DNA from: a virus
Taxonomy: Duplodnaviria; Caudoviricetes
IMG/VR virus record: IMGVR_UViG_3300044723_007907
Coordinates: 1-64,000 of that record
Direction: 5' to 3' (one strand)
DNA length: 64,000 nucleotides
Positions 18,914 through 30,400 of the stretch are shown here, piece by piece (within the stretch, counting starts at the first letter, position 1; each line of letters begins with the position of its first letter). A program made the position numbers and the translations under genes. The notes below the pieces were generated by a model. It ran no database searches, was not told the origin of the DNA, and was given only the letters and a program-made list of their open reading frames with translations.

Positions 18914-19078
18914 TTTTAAAAATCTACCAACAGCGCTAAACGCTCTGCAGATACAGATCTTAGACATGCAACATTGTTTTTGCTCACAGCATGCTTGTTT
19001 CTGAGGTTTCTCCTCAACACGTTTTTTTCTAGGACGACCACGTGGTCTCTTAGGTTTGGTTGTTTTTTTCTCTGGCAT
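18896..19078 (-). CDS. Small basic AT-hook protein with Cys-rich segment
   Basis: KRPRGRPRKKR AT-hook and ACCEQKQCCMSKICIC. Begins 3 nt after the stop of the upstream minus-strand gene. Confidence 0.6.
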   Translation of the reverse strand: MPEKKTTKPKRPRGRPRKKRVEEKPQKQACCEQKQCCMSKICICRAFSAVGRFLKSLVGR

Positions 19079-19081
19079 AAA

Positions 19082-19657
19082 TTACGATAGGTATTTAGCG
19101 GTGTAAGATTTTGCTCCAGTTGCTCCCGGTAGCTTAGTGTTCGTATCCGTCATCGATCTATTCACTTTATCATCTGTACCTGTCTGTGACTGCGGATCTG
19201 TCATTAAATCACTCTCAGCTTCTGATGTATCCTCACCTGTTAGTTTTTTAGGTTTGAGATCTACTTGATCATCCCTCTTCATCGACTCCGGCACTTCCGG
19301 TGGACCGTCATTGGCACCATTAAGCTCGACAAGCTGTTGAGGCACAGTAACAAAATGTCCGTTCCAGTACCCTGGTGCAGTCTCCTGAGCTATATCTAAA
19401 TAAAAACCATCCACTCCTAGTGCTTGATCAACACTGGAATTAACTGTAGGTCGGATCGGCTTCACGCTACTAACACGTAAAACTAAGTCTGACCCTGCTA
19501 ATTCTTTGAGTTTCTCAATAACCTGAGCTGGTGCGCTTTTGCACCAATCATCCGCTTCCCAACTCTCTTTAAACTTGATAATATCACCTGTCAAGAAGCC
19601 TCCGCCCTGAAAACGTGTGAAATTACTCTCAAATATTGTGTCAAATCTACTAGTCAT
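19082..19657 (-). CDS. Hypothetical late protein
   Basis: 191 aa. Late promoter aaTAAATAattacgATG. N-terminus MTSRFDTIFES contains an I-x-E motif. Confidence 0.65.
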   Translation of the reverse strand: MTSRFDTIFESNFTRFQGGGFLTGDIIKFKESWEADDWCKSAPAQVIEKLKELAGSDLVLRVSSVKPIRPTVNSSVDQALGVDGFYLDIAQETAPGYWNGHFVTVPQQLVELNGANDGPPEVPESMKRDDQVDLKPKKLTGEDTSEAESDLMTDPQSQTGTDDKVNRSMTDTNTKLPGATGAKSYTAKYLS

Positions 19658-19713
19658 CGTAATTATTTATTATTCACCCGCTCATTTCCAACCTACAATA
19701 TAAATAATTATGT

Positions 19714-20202
19714 ATGTCTATAAACATTAAAAAAATTGCTGCAGCAAAAAAACCTGAAGGTAACGGAATAAAATACCGGGATTTATACTTGGATCTATCA
19801 GAAAACACTAAACCATCAACTAAAACATTATTCAGTAAATCGACACGTACAGATTTACATGCATCAGTTGATGAAGGAGCTGTTGTGAACAGTCTATCTA
19901 ACTTGTTCAACACGGTACCTGGGCAAAAGATATTGAATCCAGGTTTTGGTATCAATCTAACTCAATGGTTGTTCGAACCAGTAAATGAATTCACAGCACG
20001 TGAGATAGGTGAAGCTATACAAAATGGTATAACACGATTCGAGCCCAGAGTTAGGCTCAATCAAGTGTCAGTAATTTCAGATCCGGAAAACAATCAGTAC
20101 ATAATCAAGCTAGCCATACAGATCCCTAGCTTAAATATAAGTAAGACGTATGACGCCGCACTCGGTCAGTACGGATTTGACTTTTTAACAGAAAATGAGT
20201 AA
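19714..20202 (+). CDS. gp25: Baseplate wedge subunit (gp25-like)
   Basis: YRDLYLDL, AVVNSLSNLFNTVPGQKILNPGFG, ITRFEPRV. TATAAATA at 19699-19706. Confidence 0.93.
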   Translation: MSINIKKIAAAKKPEGNGIKYRDLYLDLSENTKPSTKTLFSKSTRTDLHASVDEGAVVNSLSNLFNTVPGQKILNPGFGINLTQWLFEPVNEFTAREIGEAIQNGITRFEPRVRLNQVSVISDPENNQYIIKLAIQIPSLNISKTYDAALGQYGFDFLTENE

Positions 20203-22003
20203 ACACCTAACAGATTATAATTTACCGGAGACAGCATATACAACATTTGATGCACAGAGTCTCAAATCGCTGATAATACAACGACTTAATGAGCAGGGAA
20301 CGTTCACAGATCAGATATACGAGGGTAGCAATCTATCATCATTTATTGATGTGATTGCATATAGTTATCATGTGTTGTTGTTTTATTTAAATCAAACAGC
20401 AAGTGAGAGTGTGTTCACAGAGTCAACGATATATGAAAATGTAAACAGAATTGTAAAGTTATTGAACTACAATCCACTAGGGTATCAAACAAGCACATTA
20501 TCGTTCACCGTCAATGCCACTGAAGACCTCGTTCCCGGTACATACACAATACCGAGATACACATTCGTTAATAACAACAGCATCGTGTACTCTATCAATA
20601 AAGATATATCTTTCACAAAATACACAACCGGAAGTGAATTGATAAGTGTGATAGGTGACAATCATTTGATGTATCAAGGAAGATGGGTTGAGAGTGTACC
20701 GGTTGAAGCGACCGGGTCAAACTTTGAAATTGTAGCGTTAGCACTCAATGGACAAGACAAACATATCGACCACTTCAATGTGCATGTGTACGTTAAACAT
20801 AAAGACACAGACAAATATTACGAGTATAAAGAAACACCATCATTATATCTGTATAAATCCGAGGATCTAGTTTTTGAAAAAAGGTTGAGTGAAGATTTAT
20901 CATACGAGATAAAATTCGGTAATAACATCAACGGAAGGAGATTAGAGCCTGGAGATGAAATACAAGTTTATTATTTAGAATCTGCCGGAGATGAAGGTAT
21001 TGTTGGATCTAACTTTTTGGATGACAGTAAATTTGTTATAGAGGGTACAACAAAATTCAACACCATAATGTCAGATGTTAGACCGGAAAACATAAAATAC
21101 ATCACACTTGACAACATCGAGATGTTACAGTTGACAAATGATACACCTAGCACCAATCCGCAAGATAGAGAATCAATTGACGAAATAAAACAAAAAGCGC
21201 CCGTACATTACATCAGTCAAGACCGACTCGTGACTCTTGTGGATTTCAACACACATGTTGCGAAAAACTTTGACAGAATATTGACATCATCATTAGCTGT
21301 TGATAACAAAACATTTTTGGATGGTCACTTCAAATATTTATTAGAGGATGTGGGATTGAACAACCCGATGACCGAGAGTCGTATCATGACAAATCATCTA
21401 GATTATGCATCACCATATACTGGTAACAACATATATATTTATGCGGTACCGAAAATCACACAAAGTACATCGCTACAGCCCATGACCTCGTTCTTGAATC
21501 CAGCTCAAAAGAGTTTGATGTTGGATGATATACGCAGATTGATGATGGTATCACATCAACCTATAATTATGGATCCAGTGTACATGGCTGTCAACATAGC
21601 AACACGAGATGCGACTGAGCAAGAGATTGTTGATCATGTTGACAACACATACGTGGAAATTAAACGTGAATCTAGTGTAACGCGTGATGACTCTGCAATA
21701 ATTGATCAGTTCACACAAGTGATTGTGAATTTTTTCTCAAATGCAAATGTTAGTTTAGGTCAAAAAATAGAGATAACAGAATTGAGTCAACAGTTGTTAA
21801 GCGTCGAGGGGGTTGATGAGATTACAACTGTACGATCAGACACTGGACAACGTACCGCTGGCTTGAGTTTATGTATTTGGAATCCGGTATATGTTGATGA
21901 AGATGTAACAATCACAACACAAAACTTAAAGTTACCATATTATAAATATCCTTATTTAAACGACTCGTTTGGTTTATCTGATAAAATACGAGTTGTTAGT
22001 TAA
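20195..22003 (+). CDS. gp6: Baseplate wedge subunit (gp6-like)
   Basis: DQIYEGSNLSSFIDVIAY, ESVFTESTIYENVNRIVKLLNY, IKFGNNINGR, ESIDEIKQKAP...QDRLVT. Confidence 0.93.
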   Translation: MSKHLTDYNLPETAYTTFDAQSLKSLIIQRLNEQGTFTDQIYEGSNLSSFIDVIAYSYHVLLFYLNQTASESVFTESTIYENVNRIVKLLNYNPLGYQTSTLSFTVNATEDLVPGTYTIPRYTFVNNNSIVYSINKDISFTKYTTGSELISVIGDNHLMYQGRWVESVPVEATGSNFEIVALALNGQDKHIDHFNVHVYVKHKDTDKYYEYKETPSLYLYKSEDLVFEKRLSEDLSYEIKFGNNINGRRLEPGDEIQVYYLESAGDEGIVGSNFLDDSKFVIEGTTKFNTIMSDVRPENIKYITLDNIEMLQLTNDTPSTNPQDRESIDEIKQKAPVHYISQDRLVTLVDFNTHVAKNFDRILTSSLAVDNKTFLDGHFKYLLEDVGLNNPMTESRIMTNHLDYASPYTGNNIYIYAVPKITQSTSLQPMTSFLNPAQKSLMLDDIRRLMMVSHQPIIMDPVYMAVNIATRDATEQEIVDHVDNTYVEIKRESSVTRDDSAIIDQFTQVIVNFFSNANVSLGQKIEITELSQQLLSVEGVDEITTVRSDTGQRTAGLSLCIWNPVYVDEDVTITTQNLKLPYYKYPYLNDSFGLSDKIRVVS

Positions 22004-22005
22004 TC

Positions 22006-25000
22006 ATGGCCACTTATGAACAACTTGTAGGCTCGAGCTTCACTGATGTTGTTGTACCATTCCGTTCGGACAACAGTTTAGGTAGCATAGACACATGCAC
22101 AACATTATTAACTGGTTACACTCTACCTGATACTGAATTTACATTCACAGCAGAATTATCCGCACTAGAAAACACATACATAGGTGCCAGCATGGACAAG
22201 CTAATTTGGGACATGGGAGATGGTACATACCACACCGGTGTGAGCGTGACAAAACATTATCCATATCCAGGTGAATATGATGTGACAACGATTTTTACTG
22301 ATCAAAATGGTGTGACGCACAAAAACAGATTGACACAGAAGATACGTGTGATGAATTATATACCTGATAGTTTGGTATGGTACACACCAACTATAGCTGA
22401 TCCATTCGGTGGTCAGCCTGAGCGAGTTGTTTGTGGATCACCTAGTAACGATCTATCGATCTATCGTATGAACAGCTGGCAAAGCTGGCATATGGTGAGT
22501 GGTGATGGTGGTTATTTTATAAATTTATACGCTACTGGAAGCAAGAGCCGCCCACTGACAAAAAAACAATACGGATCAAACCCGGACACACACTTCATTC
22601 CCAGCTGGAGATTCATTCAAGGTAAAGAGAGCCGCAAACCAATCGAAAGAGTACAAACTGCGAATGAATTCATATACGTCAAGCGTGAAGGTACGGATCT
22701 AGTTAGAGCGTCAAGTGAAGACAGCACTGCTATTTTCGCGGGAACTTCTGGTCATACTACGGTAAATTACATTGATGATAATCCTAATAGATTGACGAGC
22801 GCGAGAAGCACACAGCTCAGCAACAACGTAGCAGCAGCCACTCAAGCCAACACAAATATATCTGAAGAGGAAGCTGTACTCGCGAATTTAGGTTCAGAGG
22901 ATAGAGACATAATTCTATATGCATCTTTTGATACATCCAAATTTCCAGTGGTACCAGGAGACACTGAAATAGCTAAATTTGAGCTGATGAAGTCGAACTA
23001 CTTTCAAGTGTACGAAACACAAAAAGTTGGGCTTCCGATGCAGGTAAAATTCAACAACCCAAGACAATTATCAATAACATCCACTGGTATACATGAACCA
23101 GGATTCTTTTTGACCGGGAAGAAATTTTTCAACTCACCACAACCGCTCGCGGTTCGCACCATGGACTTGAGCGGCAACACTATAAACACTGATGAGATTG
23201 TACCGTTGTCATCACGTTGGTATGCGCCTACTGAGTCATTCTCCGGTGGTGATATAACAACAGATGTATTAACAGCTCAAGGTTTTGTTACCATGTACCT
23301 GAGTGGTAATGATAGTACATTCGAGCAAATAAAATCACCATACAAGAGTGATGAGGATTTCAAGGTGTGGGACATTGGTTCTATTGTTGCAAAGAATGAA
23401 TCAAACAAACAGGTTCGTGTCTGGTTAGCGGATCGTAAGACATTGGAGCCCTTGACATTTGTTGTGGATGAAACACCTAGAAACAAAATGGTGTCCGTAT
23501 TGTATAGTGAGATCGTTCCGGAACAGCAAGAAACCCTCAAAACCACCACCCTGTCAGATCATTTATATCCTCATGGCCGACCAAGAGATTGGACAACCCG
23601 CTCTGGTGAACAGTACTTTGGTTATCTAACAACAACATCAAACTTTGACGATACACAATCTATCAACATGCAGTTAGAACCAGCTGATACAACTTTTGAA
23701 ACACCTGGTAGTTGGCTTACTTTTGCAAATCTAGAGCAACCAGATTTAAAATACAATTACGACAAAACTAAATATCGCTTCTATGCACACACATTGATCA
23801 AACCACCAGAAACGTTCACATACGACGTGGCTTATTATTATATAACCAACCCGTCGAATGATCGACTGTGGCAAATAAAGCCTGTGTTCCATAGAGAATA
23901 TAGCTATGGTGATGATGGCTTCACACAATCTTACACTCCACCTGTCTCCACACTCACACCTGGTAGTAGCGGGTTGTACGGAGTCGCGGTGGATCACTAT
24001 GGTGATGTGATCGCTGTTGATGGTGACACCGATCAGATCATAAGATACTGGAGAAACGGTACCAACAGATCAGATGTGTCGTTATCGGATATATTACCAG
24101 ATGAAATAACAGAAAATCATTGGCCTAAGGATCCGGATGCATATGGTTACACGCCTAGCAGTGTATCTCTAGATGGAAAAATGGACTATTGGGTCACGTT
24201 GTATGATACCGTCTCTACAGTGAAGTTTGACGGCACAACAAATCTACCAATCGCGTACGCTGTGCCTCCAGTTGTTAATTTTCTAGCTGATTCACGCACA
24301 ACACAACCATCATCACACTGGACGATAGAACCAGAGTATCAGATGAACATTGTGAATGGCCGGCCAGGGGAGTATGGAGAGAGTATAATCAACCCATCAG
24401 TTGTTGAGACTTGTAAGAACAATGACATTGTTGTTACATACACAAACCCTCTCTGTAGCTTCATCGCGAGGTATGATAGTAATGGTAATTTTCTACACAA
24501 ATTCGAATTCCCGGGAGAGGATAGATACTTCACCGGTGATCTCTGCGTTGATGTTAGTGATCATGTATGGGCTATAACTGAAGGTACTGGATTAACTTAC
24601 GATGGTCAACCAGATGATCAAGTGATCAGCATGTTGTATAGTTTTGATGAGAGTTTATCGCTACGCTTTGTTGTTAGCTCACTGGAAGGTACAGACTTTC
24701 AAGACATGTTGAAACCCGCACCACCAAGACATGAAGAGATAACAATTGTTGTTAATATGGAACAAAAGTATGATTTTGGCAGACAGGAGTTTTACGAGAC
24801 GGCGATACTTATCGATGGACTTGGCGCCGAGACCAATCCGCAAATAACATTATATGAGGGTAACACGTATCATTTCGAGAATCAGTACTATAATAACGGT
24901 AAGCATAATCTGAGATTTCAATACATGTTAGATGAAAATTTAACACTGCCTCTGAGCTCTGATCCATTTGAATTCAGTAAATCAGGTCAGGTATTGACTA

Positions 25001-27489
25001 ATGGTGTATCTGGTATAGACTCTTATAGAGTATCATTGACAGTTGATGAATTCACTCCGGAGAGATTTTTGTATGTTGATGAGAATTACCCCAACACTAT
25101 AGCGTTGGTCATTAACGTTATACCCAAGCCAAAGATTGATAGTCGCCAACCGGATACGTTTCATTACATGAACAACGCTAGCTTTTTGACCCCGGATGTG
25201 AGGAACAATATTTGGGTATCCTGGGGCAATAGATTTTGCTCTAGATACAACACACTCAAGAGCAGTATAGACATGACAGTTGCGGTAGGATCTGCATACG
25301 ATGATCCAAGATACCATCCGCTATCCGCTGCAACACATGACCGACGTGACAACGCTGGTAGACAGTCGGTCATTGAGGGTATATCCATGGACACAGCTAA
25401 CAATTTACTGGTGATTAACAATAACGATAAAATAGTGTATGCTATGAATTCAGATCAACCGACATTGAGTGCGTATGTGAAGCTGACGGAGAATCAACTA
25501 CCGAGTGAGCATTTTAGCTGGGTAGAGGCGTTGTCTAGTGATCGACAAGCCACACGAGATGATTTCATGTTATATCCAGATAGTTACATGACCAAGGAAC
25601 AGATACAGGTGTTCTTGAACAACGTGACCATGTCGCCTGGAACGAGTGCAGAGAAGATGCAAGCGTATTTGAACTATCACAACACCATGACATTATCAGG
25701 AGGTGATACAATGTTCAGAACAACTCACGGTTCACCTCCCCCTTCCGGTACTCGATTTGAGTCAGAGTTATGCGCGATTGGTGATTGGACAGGATTTCGC
25801 TGGATAAACAAGTATGACGATCGCCCGGTATCAAGTGACGAGACTACTGGGTATGTCAGCGTGACGGGAGCTAGTGAAGAGTTTGAGCTCATACCTCAGA
25901 CCGGAGTGGGAGATGTTGTCAAAATAAATGAAGATGTAGACTTTGCCGGGGTGTTACGGTCTTATATGCAACAACCTAGTTTGGTAAACAGTCCACGTTT
26001 ATATGAAGAGTTACTAAGTGCTGTGTTCGGTACCACATCATCAAGTGTACATTCACTGGGTAAGAAAATTTACGAGCGTATAGCAAATTATGTTAATAAT
26101 TGCTCTGATATAGACACGTGTACCGTTAACGCATTACACGGCTTGGCTGAACTAGTCAACTATAAATTGACCGGTACGGGGTACACTTTTCCGGCGGAGA
26201 TGCAGCGCTTGATAGACTTGTTGTCTATAAGTTTCTCACGCTTGAAAGGCACCACAGTAACAGAGGAGTTAGATTTTGAAAAATTCGGGAACTGGACTCA
26301 GCAAGTCGCAGGAGTGAATCTAGGTCCAGAGTTGATGTTTGTGTTGGATTGGGATCCAAACCATGGATATTCGACTGGTGACTATGTCAAGTACGGTAAG
26401 CGTTATTATGAGTGTCTGAACAGTCCGGAGAGAAACTTGAAGCCATCTCTGAGCCCGGAATTTTGGAGATGGCACCCAGATGGGATCATCCGGGCGATCA
26501 CACCTGAGAGAGCATTGCATGTGTATAACAAGATGTCATCAGAAAAACAATCCGAATATAATGGTTTTGATGATTTTTATGCAAGAGAAATACCCATAAG
26601 ACTGAAGCTCATACAGAATTTAAATTTATCTGTAGATCAGAAGATTGTGTTACATGAAGAGCATACAGGTAATTACAGCCTAGTACAAGGCAGAACAATT
26701 CGGTTAGAGGATGGCCGGTTGTACAAACTGAAGCTAGTTGATGATGAATATTTATCCGTACTGACACCAAACCGATCCAGACCATTGTCGCCAGAACACG
26801 TGAGCACAATTGAGGAATACCAGCCACTGTATACTCAACAAGACAATGGTGTAATAACTGTGATAGGAACACAACAAAACAGAAACATGACCATAGTGTT
26901 GTTCCGTAATCGAACATACAGATTTGAAGTTGAAAGTATCGGTCACCCGATAATAATCACAGACGCCCCGGGCTTGAGCGCAGAGCCTTCTATACATGTG
27001 GCGGATCAAAATGTTGAATACGGTAAAATAATTATAAAAACAGACGACGATCCAATACGTGGTCCGTTGCCAGAGAAATTATATTATCAGAGTGTCAATG
27101 ATGAGTCAATATCTGGAACGATTTTAATCAAGGATGTTGACAACACAATTGGATATTCCACACAATATGACGGTTTAACATCATACGCATTAAACTTGTC
27201 AGTGAGCTCACATGAAGATTTGGATCGGTTGGGTTGGGGCATGAGCTTCCCAGAAAATGGAAATGCATGGCAGTTTTATAGTGTGTTTGAGTATGTTGAA
27301 CCTACACCAGAACAATTAACTTACAGGAACAATATAATAGATTGGAATAGCCCACAGACAACCATTGATATAGACACTACGTTTGATGAGTGGTTTGAGT
27401 ATCAGGGAGTTGCGCATGTGATGATAGAAAAAACATTAAGGGACGGTCTAGGGTTGTTGGATGGTATTGAATCTATAAATAATCAATAA
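22006..27489 (+). CDS. Large baseplate/virion protein (gp7-like position) with PKD domain and beta-propeller repeats, 1827 aa
   Basis: PKD motif WDMGDGT...KHYPYPGEYDVT. Propeller-like repeats GVAVDHYGDV, VSLDGKMDYWV, CVDVSDHVW, ISMDTANNLL. Follows gp6. Confidence 0.6.
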   Translation: MATYEQLVGSSFTDVVVPFRSDNSLGSIDTCTTLLTGYTLPDTEFTFTAELSALENTYIGASMDKLIWDMGDGTYHTGVSVTKHYPYPGEYDVTTIFTDQNGVTHKNRLTQKIRVMNYIPDSLVWYTPTIADPFGGQPERVVCGSPSNDLSIYRMNSWQSWHMVSGDGGYFINLYATGSKSRPLTKKQYGSNPDTHFIPSWRFIQGKESRKPIERVQTANEFIYVKREGTDLVRASSEDSTAIFAGTSGHTTVNYIDDNPNRLTSARSTQLSNNVAAATQANTNISEEEAVLANLGSEDRDIILYASFDTSKFPVVPGDTEIAKFELMKSNYFQVYETQKVGLPMQVKFNNPRQLSITSTGIHEPGFFLTGKKFFNSPQPLAVRTMDLSGNTINTDEIVPLSSRWYAPTESFSGGDITTDVLTAQGFVTMYLSGNDSTFEQIKSPYKSDEDFKVWDIGSIVAKNESNKQVRVWLADRKTLEPLTFVVDETPRNKMVSVLYSEIVPEQQETLKTTTLSDHLYPHGRPRDWTTRSGEQYFGYLTTTSNFDDTQSINMQLEPADTTFETPGSWLTFANLEQPDLKYNYDKTKYRFYAHTLIKPPETFTYDVAYYYITNPSNDRLWQIKPVFHREYSYGDDGFTQSYTPPVSTLTPGSSGLYGVAVDHYGDVIAVDGDTDQIIRYWRNGTNRSDVSLSDILPDEITENHWPKDPDAYGYTPSSVSLDGKMDYWVTLYDTVSTVKFDGTTNLPIAYAVPPVVNFLADSRTTQPSSHWTIEPEYQMNIVNGRPGEYGESIINPSVVETCKNNDIVVTYTNPLCSFIARYDSNGNFLHKFEFPGEDRYFTGDLCVDVSDHVWAITEGTGLTYDGQPDDQVISMLYSFDESLSLRFVVSSLEGTDFQDMLKPAPPRHEEITIVVNMEQKYDFGRQEFYETAILIDGLGAETNPQITLYEGNTYHFENQYYNNGKHNLRFQYMLDENLTLPLSSDPFEFSKSGQVLTNGVSGIDSYRVSLTVDEFTPERFLYVDENYPNTIALVINVIPKPKIDSRQPDTFHYMNNASFLTPDVRNNIWVSWGNRFCSRYNTLKSSIDMTVAVGSAYDDPRYHPLSAATHDRRDNAGRQSVIEGISMDTANNLLVINNNDKIVYAMNSDQPTLSAYVKLTENQLPSEHFSWVEALSSDRQATRDDFMLYPDSYMTKEQIQVFLNNVTMSPGTSAEKMQAYLNYHNTMTLSGGDTMFRTTHGSPPPSGTRFESELCAIGDWTGFRWINKYDDRPVSSDETTGYVSVTGASEEFELIPQTGVGDVVKINEDVDFAGVLRSYMQQPSLVNSPRLYEELLSAVFGTTSSSVHSLGKKIYERIANYVNNCSDIDTCTVNALHGLAELVNYKLTGTGYTFPAEMQRLIDLLSISFSRLKGTTVTEELDFEKFGNWTQQVAGVNLGPELMFVLDWDPNHGYSTGDYVKYGKRYYECLNSPERNLKPSLSPEFWRWHPDGIIRAITPERALHVYNKMSSEKQSEYNGFDDFYAREIPIRLKLIQNLNLSVDQKIVLHEEHTGNYSLVQGRTIRLEDGRLYKLKLVDDEYLSVLTPNRSRPLSPEHVSTIEEYQPLYTQQDNGVITVIGTQQNRNMTIVLFRNRTYRFEVESIGHPIIITDAPGLSAEPSIHVADQNVEYGKIIIKTDDDPIRGPLPEKLYYQSVNDESISGTILIKDVDNTIGYSTQYDGLTSYALNLSVSSHEDLDRLGWGMSFPENGNAWQFYSVFEYVEPTPEQLTYRNNIIDWNSPQTTIDIDTTFDEWFEYQGVAHVMIEKTLRDGLGLLDGIESINNQ

Positions 27490-30400
27490 TGTCATACGAT
27501 CTAACAGCGTTATCAAAATATATACCTGACGGTAGTGTGATTGTTTCTGGATCCGGAGATGACAGCACAACACCGTATAGTTATAGTGAATGGCTAGCTC
27601 AATCCAAAGGCACAACCGATACAACAAAAGACAGAACAATTGAGTACAACAAATATATAAAAGCTTGGAATAGTTATACCACAGATAAAAAGACTCCATA
27701 TCAAAGAAAAGAGAGATACAAACTGTTGATTAAAAATATAGCATTAAACTACACAACAACAGAAGAGAAGCGATTTTTAACCAACATAGACTATAACAAC
27801 ACTCGGCACGTAGCGGCAGCGACAACATTCTTCGCTGAGAAGATCAAAGAACTAGCGTTATATTATGCGGATGCAAGGCAAAGCATAAGACAAGCAAGTA
27901 CTCGGAGTGGAGCAACTGGTTCGATAGAAACTATTGAACGGTTAATATACAACAAAATACCAGAAGTTTTGTCAGCGCGATTGGTTCTAGGAGATCAAAT
28001 ACTAACCAACATCACAGGTACCAATAAAAATGTCGTGAGTATCGAACAACTATATCAAATTGATGAGGATATCGATAGCTTTTTACCGGTTGAATACGAT
28101 CCAGATATATTTACTGATATACAATCAGCAGTTGAGAATTTGTTGAGTGAATGTTTACCAGTGTTAGAATTGACGGATGATATATTACTAACAATATCAA
28201 GCACTCCAGAGATAACTGATCAAAATATCTCATTATTAAATTACGAAAATTTTTCAAATTATCAAAAATCAGAAAATAATTTAAACTTATATAATTTGAA
28301 GGAGTTTGTACCTCAATTGATTGGAGCGGACATGTTCCTGTTGTCAGGTGGTGATGTAACGGAATTATACTCCGGGGTGAATAAATGGAGAGATTTTTAT
28401 AACAGAAATCAACCGGTGATTCAAACACAGTATGAAGGTATGAATCTAAAGACATCAGGGCAATTGGGTAATATATTCACACCTTCTAATATTGGCATGT
28501 TGACATATTACAGTCATCAACCAAAAATATCGAACATCAAGCAACAAGATGAGATCGCGATTGTACCCGATCCGAACAAGTACGGCACGAGAAATCTGAT
28601 CACACACGCTGAGGATGTGACGTGGTTGAAGGCCACCGCGGCAAATGATGCTCTAGCTGGTGATATTGTGGATGCCAGTCGAATGCCTAGATTTTACTCT
28701 TACCGGTCCGAAGGTGAATCAAGCTTACATAGCTTCAGTGGTATGAGTAGACCTTATGACCCAACCGGGTTTTTTAGTGGTTATCAAAATGAAGATTGGT
28801 CAAATAGTGATGTGTTCAGCCGACCGGCAGCCAATATTTATGACATTGATAGTCGACAAGAGACATTATTGACTGGTCACAACAGAATGACCAGGTGGGT
28901 TTCTGATATTTTCGGTAATCAGTATGCTGTGTATAAATCTAGCCCACCCAAACCGCCACGTGTATTTGCATTTGGGGAGTCAGAGGATGATTTCGTGACA
29001 AACAGTACATGTCAAATAATTGATGGTGGTGACACTTTGAAGAGAAGGTCTCGCTTGTGGGATGAAGGTGTATCATACAAAATATATGAAGGTGGTCGCA
29101 GATGGGATGTTGATCCCAAAGTTGAACAACAGATAAATATGACTCTGTTTGAAGATTTGAGACAAACAGTCAAGGTGCGAAAACCAGACGGTTCCTTCGA
29201 GAGTGTACTAGAAGAACACAATTCATGGGATTATCAACCCAATGATGAGAGAACAGAGCTTGTGTTAAAAAGAATAACATACCATGGATTCAAGAAAAGA
29301 GGCATGGAGCCTGTATATGATTCCCAGGCATATGGTGGTTTGTTCACTGATATAACATGCGGGCAAATAGATCCAGCGTCACGTGGATGTGTGATCCGAG
29401 ATAACTATGCGTTCGGAACATTTAGTGATGGCTTGACATCACTAGACGGTGTTGAGTATTTTATCTCCGGCACAACACCACTAACAGCAACCACTGATGC
29501 ATTTGAAGAGTATTTCAACACCGGTTATGGTGATCAATTGTTGTTTGATGATACTCCAACTCTGTCCGGAACAGAAGTGCTGGTAAACGAGAACGTCGAC
29601 GGAGGGCTGTTCTCCGATGAGAGTTGCTTCGATGGTGAAACTGCTCAATATACATTCGAGGTTGAGAATACTGCAGAGTATTACAATCGTGTGTTAAATA
29701 TAAGCAAAACGCAACTCACAGAGATTGATTATGATGAGCAACAAGAGCGAACACAATATTCACTACAAAATCAATCTGGTACAGTATATTTTAGATCATA
29801 TAATGATGCTGTAGTAAAGCCGTTGCATGAAATTTTGACGGAATTACAAATAAACACTGGAGAATCTGTTAACACTGATCGTGTTCGTTTGATACAACAA
29901 GTGCGTGAAGGTAAGATAATTGACATGAATATGTATTATGATGTGCTTTACATACAGACGGAAAATTATGTTTATGTTGAGAAGATTCGATTTGATGATA
30001 TAACAGGTGTTTTGTTGAAAAGTGATTATGAGAGTGTTTTGTTGAGATCTGACTCTAGTTCGCGTGACATGTTCATCAAACCATTTTATAATAATGACAC
30101 ACATGAGCTAATGATAGGTCAAACATTCACATCAACAGTCGATGAAAAGATATTCGTACACCCATATGTGTATATGATCGAGTTGAATATGATGTCAGTT
30201 AAACAAATACTACCAAGTGACGACACGACACTAGATGAATATCAACTATCTGATGATCTCACCAATTTCCAGGTTGAAAAGATAGACACACCTATACTAT
30301 GCTACAACAGAACAATAGATCTTTACACGTTGTCATATTCTTGTAAGTTGTCTGGTGCGGAGGATGTTTGCTATGGATTTTGTATTAGTGATTTTGAAAA

